A stretch of 32,000 nucleotides of DNA from Candidatus Electrothrix sp. GW3-4. GTDB lineage: Bacteria; Desulfobacterota; Desulfobulbia; Desulfobulbales; Desulfobulbaceae. This document shows, in pieces, positions 27,192 to 32,000 of the stretch. The translations under genes were made by a program, and so were the position numbers. Under the pieces are notes generated by a model, which worked only from the letters and a program-made list of their open reading frames with translations, made no database searches and was not told the origin of the DNA. Positions within the stretch are counted from its first letter, which is position 1. Each line of letters starts with the position of its first letter. The stretch is taken from contig NZ_CP147990.1 in the NCBI RefSeq assembly GCF_037902255.1, positions 4,110,001 to 4,142,000 on the forward strand. Direction: 5' to 3'.

Positions 27192-27524
27192 TCAGATAGA
27201 ACAGATATTCTTTGTACAGTTCGGTCCTTTTTCCTCTGCTGTTTGCCCTTTCTGTGGTAAATCGCAAGACGTTGGCTTGTCCATAGAGTAGACCAACACT
27301 GTAAACAGATCTTTTTTCTTTTCCGGCAGAATGCGGATCTGAAGATTTGCTGAAAGCGGTTCTTTTCCCAACTCTGCTGCTGTTTTGTTCAGGAGAGTTG
27401 TTCCTACCTGAAATGCCTCTTCAGGAGTATTTCCATATCCTTTAAGGCACACTCCTGTAGCATAAACGGAATTGGCAAGAAAGAGGAAAGAGAAGAGAAA
27501 GAGTGTCGCTACTGAATGCCGCAT
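27192..27524 (-). CDS. Small secreted hypothetical protein (110 aa, 4 Cys)
   Basis: The track ORF runs 27192..27662. The internal ATG at 27524 has GGAGGA 6 nt upstream and opens directly with a signal peptide, MRHSVATLFLFSFLFLANSVYA/TG. I recognise no family. Confidence 0.55.
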   Translation of the reverse strand: MRHSVATLFLFSFLFLANSVYATGVCLKGYGNTPEEAFQVGTTLLNKTAAELGKEPLSANLQIRILPEKKKDLFTVLVYSMDKPTSCDLPQKGQTAEEKGPNCTKNICSI

Positions 27525-27760
27525 TTTTATCCTCCGTAGTGGTATTCCAAAATACTGGATCAAGTTTAAATTATATAATATATGAATAACCTTTATAGGG
27601 ATTTTGTCAACTTCTTTTTCCCTGTGCGCCAACAAAAAAACACACAGAACATCCCATCGCACATCCTACTGTTTCTCCGTTAAATTTATTGAAAATAAAA
27701 ACCATAAAAATTACCCTTAAATAGAGACTGTGGCTATCCAGTAAAACCAAAGGAGAAAAC

Positions 27761-28339
27761 ATGGTACATTTTCGTTTCATGACTTCAAAAGTATTCCTTC
27801 TGGCGACCACATTATGCCTCGGTGGTTGCCTTGGAATGCCCCAATCTGTTATCCCGGTGAAAGAGTTTGAACTGAACAAATATCTTGGCAGATGGTACGA
27901 AATCGCTCGCTTAGATCATTCATTCGAACAAGGACTGGAACAGGTTACTGCAGAATATTCGTTACGAAAAGACGGGGGTGTCACTGTGACCAACCGAGGA
28001 TTTTCAGTAACGAAAAAGACCTGGAAGGAGGCTGTGGGCAAGGCATTCTTTGTTGAGGAACCAAGCACAGGCTACCTCAAGGTTTCCTTCTTCGGCCCTT
28101 TTTACGGCTCTTACGTGATATTTGAGCTAGACAAAGAGAATTATCAATATGCCTTTATCTCGGGACCAGATACCTCCTACCTCTGGCTTCTCGCACGCAC
28201 TCCAGTTGTGGAACAGGAGCTGTTAGATCGCTTTGTTGCCCAGGCCAAAGAACGCGGTTTTCCCACCGAACAAATTAGTTATGTCCCGCAGAGAAAAGAA
28301 GACAAAAAGAGCCTCTCCAACAAAGAAGAGAATCTTTGA
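27761..28339 (+). CDS. blc: Bacterial lipocalin (outer membrane lipoprotein Blc)
   Basis: Lipobox LCLGGC, YLGRWYEIARLDHSFEQG, VTNRGF, GYLKVSFFGPFYGSYVIFELD, YLWLLARTP. AAAGGAGA lies upstream. Confidence 0.9.
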   Translation: MVHFRFMTSKVFLLATTLCLGGCLGMPQSVIPVKEFELNKYLGRWYEIARLDHSFEQGLEQVTAEYSLRKDGGVTVTNRGFSVTKKTWKEAVGKAFFVEEPSTGYLKVSFFGPFYGSYVIFELDKENYQYAFISGPDTSYLWLLARTPVVEQELLDRFVAQAKERGFPTEQISYVPQRKEDKKSLSNKEENL

Positions 28340-28443
28340 TTTACCCAGTTACGTCAGCACAGAGATAGACAGAACCAACGAGTATGGTACACTGATATAA
28401 AAAAATACCTTTGTGAGCCATTAAGGGAGACAGCAAGTAGTCA

Positions 28444-30795
28444 ATGCATAATAAATTAAAAAAGAAAAAAAGTAGTATGGAACTCCTTGCTCCAGCAGGC
28501 AGTTTTCCCGCCTTTGAGGCTGCCCTTGATGCCGGAGCAGATGCAGTGTACGTGGGTGCGCCCGGTTTCAACGCCCGTGCCCTGAGCCGGGATTTCTCCT
28601 TTGCCGAGATAGGCTCCATGATTCGTCAAGCCCACCAGAAGGGGGTTAAGCTCTATATTGCCATGAACAGCTTGGTCAAGGAGACAGAGTTACCTGCGGC
28701 TCTTGAGGCCCTTTCTTGTTTTGAGGCCTTGCGCCCTGATGCCCTGATCATCCAGGACTTGGGCTTACTCTACCTTGCCCGAACCTGGTTTCCAGATCTG
28801 CCCCTGCATGCCTCCACCCTGATGTCGGTCCATAATTCCCTGGCTGCAGAGGAGTTCACCAGACTGGGATTTGAACGGGTGGTGCTGGCCCGTGAGCTGA
28901 CCATTGAGGAAATCGCAGCGATTCATCAAAAAACCGGCGCTGAGCTGGAGATCTTTATTCACGGGGCCATGTGTTTTAGTTATTCCGGACTCTGTCTCTT
29001 CTCCAGCCTACACGGCGGCAAATCAAGCCTGCGCGGTCAATGCGTTCAGCCCTGTCGCCGCCATTATTCCTGGCAACGCCCAGGTAAACAGGGGGGGAGC
29101 CCCTCTCTCACAAAAGGAAAAAGAAAACAGAAGAGCGGCTCACCAGTAGGCTACCTTTTTTCGATGAACGATCTTTGCGGCATCGACATGCTCCCTGCAA
29201 TGCGGGATGCTGGAGTCAGCTGCCTCAAGATCGAAGGACGATTGAAGAGTGCCCAATACGTGGCAAACACCGTGGCGGCCTACCGAATGGCCCTGGACTC
29301 CTTGGACAAACCAGATGCCGTCCAGGAAAAGGTACTACGGGAGGCCCATAGGCTCCTTGATGAAGCGATGGGCAGAAAACGGTCCAGCGGTTATCTGCTC
29401 TCGAAAAAACCTCCTGAGGCAATAACCCCCTCCCAATCCGGCAATAGCGGCAGGATGCTCGGTCGAATTAAAGGGGTGCAGCGAGAACAAACCCGAGACG
29501 GTAAGAAGAGGTTAACTTTCCACATCCTTCTCGCCGCCCAAGTCAGCGAGGGAGATCGCCTCCGACTTCATGATGAACAGAGCGGCAATCGCTTCAGCTT
29601 TACCCTGCGCTCTTTACAGATCGGGGGACAGCACCGGAAAACCGGACACGCAGGCCAGAAAGCGCTGCTTTCCCTGGTCATTGGGAGAAAAGAACATATA
29701 GAACGCCATTTCCAAGGCACCCTCTTCAAGGTGGATGTGGGCTCCCGGATTACCGCCGAACGGAGCGGACGCAAACGAAGACAACAGCTCTCCAGCCGTA
29801 AGGTTTTCCCAGACAAGGCAAAGATTGAGGACATCCTTACCCAATTAACCTGGAAACGAGGTCCGGTTGCTCTCAAAATCTCCGGTAAAGGGCGGGAGAA
29901 AGGTAAAGGTGGCGGTCGTCGTCCTGTAAGAAAAGAACCGCCTTGGTGGGTAGCAGTGGCTAAGCTCAGTGATCTTCGTCAGCGGATGCCGATACGCCCT
30001 GCCCGTTTCCTGGTCCCGTTCAATCAGGAAAATATGCAGCAACTGGATAACGTTGCAGATAAAATACGGAAATACAGCTCTCGAATCCTCTGGTGCCTCC
30101 CTCCTGTCCTTCATGAAGAAGACCTCAATTGGGTCGGACAGGAGATCAGAAAACTGGGCGAAAAGGGCTATAGCCGTTTCGCCTTGGGCCATTGCTCACA
30201 ATACAGGCTCTTTTTCCCCCTTCTTGAGGAGCAAAAAAATTATCCGCTGGAATTGTACGGGAACTATACCCTGAACCTGCTCAACTCGGCGGCGCTCCAG
30301 GCAGCGGCCCATCTTGGTTATCAGGGAGCGCTCTTTTCCCTTGAAAGCGAAGGAGAGAACCTTGCCTCTGCCCTCCATCATTATTCTCGACAAAGCAATA
30401 GAGGAGCGCGGCGAAATGAGGGTATGGATCTACCGCCTAAAATACAGATAGGTGTCTATGCCTATGGTTATCCTCCTCTGTTCACGGCCCGACTGGACAG
30501 CACTCATTTTCGCTATCATCAATCTCTTGTCAGCCCGCAGGAAGAATACTTCACCTTGCAGCACCATGATGGTTTGACAACAGCCCGCGCTACCCTGCCC
30601 TTTTCCCTGCTCAACCAACGGCAGCAACTGGCAAGCATGGGCGTTGACTTTCTCCTGCTCGACCTGAGCAGCGGTGCAATCAGTCGGGAGGCAGCAACAC
30701 TGAGTAACCTCTTGAACCAAGGAGAGCCCAGGCGGACAGGGAAGGGCAAACAGCCTGCTGTCATGCAGGGTAATTTTGACGGAGTTTTGGTGTGA
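28444..30795 (+). CDS. Peptidase U32 family protein, long tandem form (N-terminal U32 domain with a CX6CX15CX3C motif plus a second U32-like half)
   Basis: ELLAPAGSFPAFEAALDAGADAVYVG, LYIAMN, IHGAMCFSYSGLCLFSSLHGGKSSLRGQCVQPCRRHY (28972-29055), LKIEGRLKS. The C-terminal roughly 260 aa again look like a U32 barrel (ILWCLPPVLHEEDL...FALGHCSQ...LNLLNS...FSLESE). An alternative start is ATG 28477 (MELLAPAG). Confidence 0.85.
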   Translation: MHNKLKKKKSSMELLAPAGSFPAFEAALDAGADAVYVGAPGFNARALSRDFSFAEIGSMIRQAHQKGVKLYIAMNSLVKETELPAALEALSCFEALRPDALIIQDLGLLYLARTWFPDLPLHASTLMSVHNSLAAEEFTRLGFERVVLARELTIEEIAAIHQKTGAELEIFIHGAMCFSYSGLCLFSSLHGGKSSLRGQCVQPCRRHYSWQRPGKQGGSPSLTKGKRKQKSGSPVGYLFSMNDLCGIDMLPAMRDAGVSCLKIEGRLKSAQYVANTVAAYRMALDSLDKPDAVQEKVLREAHRLLDEAMGRKRSSGYLLSKKPPEAITPSQSGNSGRMLGRIKGVQREQTRDGKKRLTFHILLAAQVSEGDRLRLHDEQSGNRFSFTLRSLQIGGQHRKTGHAGQKALLSLVIGRKEHIERHFQGTLFKVDVGSRITAERSGRKRRQQLSSRKVFPDKAKIEDILTQLTWKRGPVALKISGKGREKGKGGGRRPVRKEPPWWVAVAKLSDLRQRMPIRPARFLVPFNQENMQQLDNVADKIRKYSSRILWCLPPVLHEEDLNWVGQEIRKLGEKGYSRFALGHCSQYRLFFPLLEEQKNYPLELYGNYTLNLLNSAALQAAAHLGYQGALFSLESEGENLASALHHYSRQSNRGARRNEGMDLPPKIQIGVYAYGYPPLFTARLDSTHFRYHQSLVSPQEEYFTLQHHDGLTTARATLPFSLLNQRQQLASMGVDFLLLDLSSGAISREAATLSNLLNQGEPRRTGKGKQPAVMQGNFDGVLV

Positions 30796-30989
30796 GGAGG
30801 ATATGAAGGAAGAACCTCTTGGAGCGAGGTCCTGTTAGCGAGTTATCAGAAGGGAGAGATACACTATATTACTGTGATAAGCAGGATCAATCCTATCGGT
30901 TATGGAGAGTCCTCCCTTGAAACCGGGGCGACAGACGGTATTTTTTACCTGCTATTCACCCCATAAAAGGTAGCAGAGAGAACAGCGCA

Positions 30990-32000
30990 ATGAAAACATG
31001 TCCAAAATGCAGACAAAAAACCGATGCTGAACAATGCCCTTCCTGTGATCTTGTTTTTGCGGACTATGAACGGGAAAAAATGGAAAAAACCGGGGGGGTG
31101 TATCAGCTCATCAGTGCCGGTGAGCTGCTGAAAGCAAAGGAACTGGCAGAAAAACTCTCCTCAGAATTCCCGGATAGCAGAACGGACTTTATTCTTCTTA
31201 TCTCAAATATTAATCGTGATCTCAATATTGCGGAAAAATATCGGCAGGCCAAGGAATTTTTTGATAAAGGAGAGCATAAGCAAACAGCCCTCCTGCTGAG
31301 AAATATCAAGGCGTTTGATCCTGGTTTAGAGGAAAAGGTCATTGCCCTGCGCCAAAAGGCAAAGCAAGAGGGAGAATATAGCGGCCGCTTCCAAAAGGCG
31401 GTCGATCTCTATGAAAAGAGATGGTACGGCGAGGCAAGAATAGCCTTTCTCAAACTCCAAAAACATCATCCAGATGATGAAAACATTACCAACTATATTC
31501 AAAAAATAGACCGAATCAAAAAAAGTCTGCTTGATGAGGTTATTGAGATCCTAGGAGAAAACAGCTTTCAACTGGCGCAGGAACGATTTAGCAAGTTGGT
31601 TGCAATCTTTCCTGATGCAGAGGAGGAGTATGCTGCAATAACAAAGACCCTTAACCATAAAAAAGAGATTAACAGCCAGATCCTTGATGCTGCAGAAGTT
31701 GCGCGAAAAAAAGGACGACTCTTAGAGGCCAAGGTGTTGTATACCTTTCTCTACCTGCAAAATCACGAGCTTCATCCCCAATTACGTCCTTATATCAGAG
31801 AAATCGGGGATGAAGCCTTGGTCAGTCTTGCTGAGTGTGCGCAGTATAATCTTCTTGACCTTAACGAAACAGGCCTTGAGGTGAAAGAGGATGGCCTCTT
31901 AGAGCGGGTGATAACAGAGCGGCAAATCACAGATAAACGATATACCGGTGAAAGATACGTTCCTCTGAGCTCGGTGGATATCTGCACAGAACCGCTGGCA
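30990..32000 (+). CDS. Zinc-ribbon plus helical-repeat (TPR-like) hypothetical protein; the 3' end lies beyond the right edge
   Basis: This gene is absent from the ORF track because there is no stop in the window. My translation from ATG 30990 is open for 337 codons: MKTCPKCRQKTDAEQCPSCDLVFADYEREK... (CxxC-x10-CxxC), then repeated amphipathic helices (YRQAKEFFDKGEHKQTALLL, FQKAVDLYEKRWYGEARIAFLKLQKHHPDD, GRLLEAKVLYTFLY). Confidence 0.6.
   Translation, partial: MKTCPKCRQKTDAEQCPSCDLVFADYEREKMEKTGGVYQLISAGELLKAKELAEKLSSEFPDSRTDFILLISNINRDLNIAEKYRQAKEFFDKGEHKQTALLLRNIKAFDPGLEEKVIALRQKAKQEGEYSGRFQKAVDLYEKRWYGEARIAFLKLQKHHPDDENITNYIQKIDRIKKSLLDEVIEILGENSFQLAQERFSKLVAIFPDAEEEYAAITKTLNHKKEINSQILDAAEVARKKGRLLEAKVLYTFLYLQNHELHPQLRPYIREIGDEALVSLAECAQYNLLDLNETGLEVKEDGLLERVITERQITDKRYTGERYVPLSSVDICTEPLA

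Overview
Mostly a core chromosomal stretch from an anaerobe-like, probably deltaproteobacterial/Desulfobulbales-type genome (inferred from gene content only). There are two accessory intrusions, both insertion sequences.

Genes, left to right:
- A partial GAF/HisKA-like sensor gene that runs off the left edge.
- A purH'(IMP cyclohydrolase-only)-purN-pyrR operon.
- hslR and folE2.
- A frameshifted gabD-like aldehyde dehydrogenase.
- A degenerate PilZ-like ORF.
- A pseudo-receiver/GAF/class III adenylate cyclase.
- rarA.
- A periplasmic 5'-nucleotidase-like/tetrahaem cytochrome gene.
- The pyrG-kdsA-kdsC-lptC operon.
- A small lipoprotein.
- IS copy 1.
- A split TPR/AMIN/amidase_3 gene.
- Class I fumarase, ribH and nusB.
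- IS copy 2, carrying a second, unrelated IS nested inside its transposase.
- A small secreted protein, lipocalin blc, a 783-aa tandem U32 protein, and a partial zinc-ribbon/helical-repeat gene that runs off the right edge.

I found no rRNA, tRNA or CRISPR.

The most interesting signal is the cytochrome gene. It only makes sense if an in-frame TGA at 9995-9997 is read through. That TGA follows Cys-Gly, lies inside a conserved domain, and has a hairpin 12 nt downstream. Read-through joins a clean Sec signal peptide to an otherwise signal-less tetrahaem ORF, so this is a candidate new selenoprotein.

Second theme: three to four genes are broken by loss of a single base in homopolymer runs (gabD, the amidase twice, possibly the lipoprotein). 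This points to systematic homopolymer under-calling in the assembly or to real pseudogenisation.

Third theme is IS biology: a nested insertion with intact target duplications, a mosaic identity pattern between the two copies, and a start-codon-sequestering hairpin.
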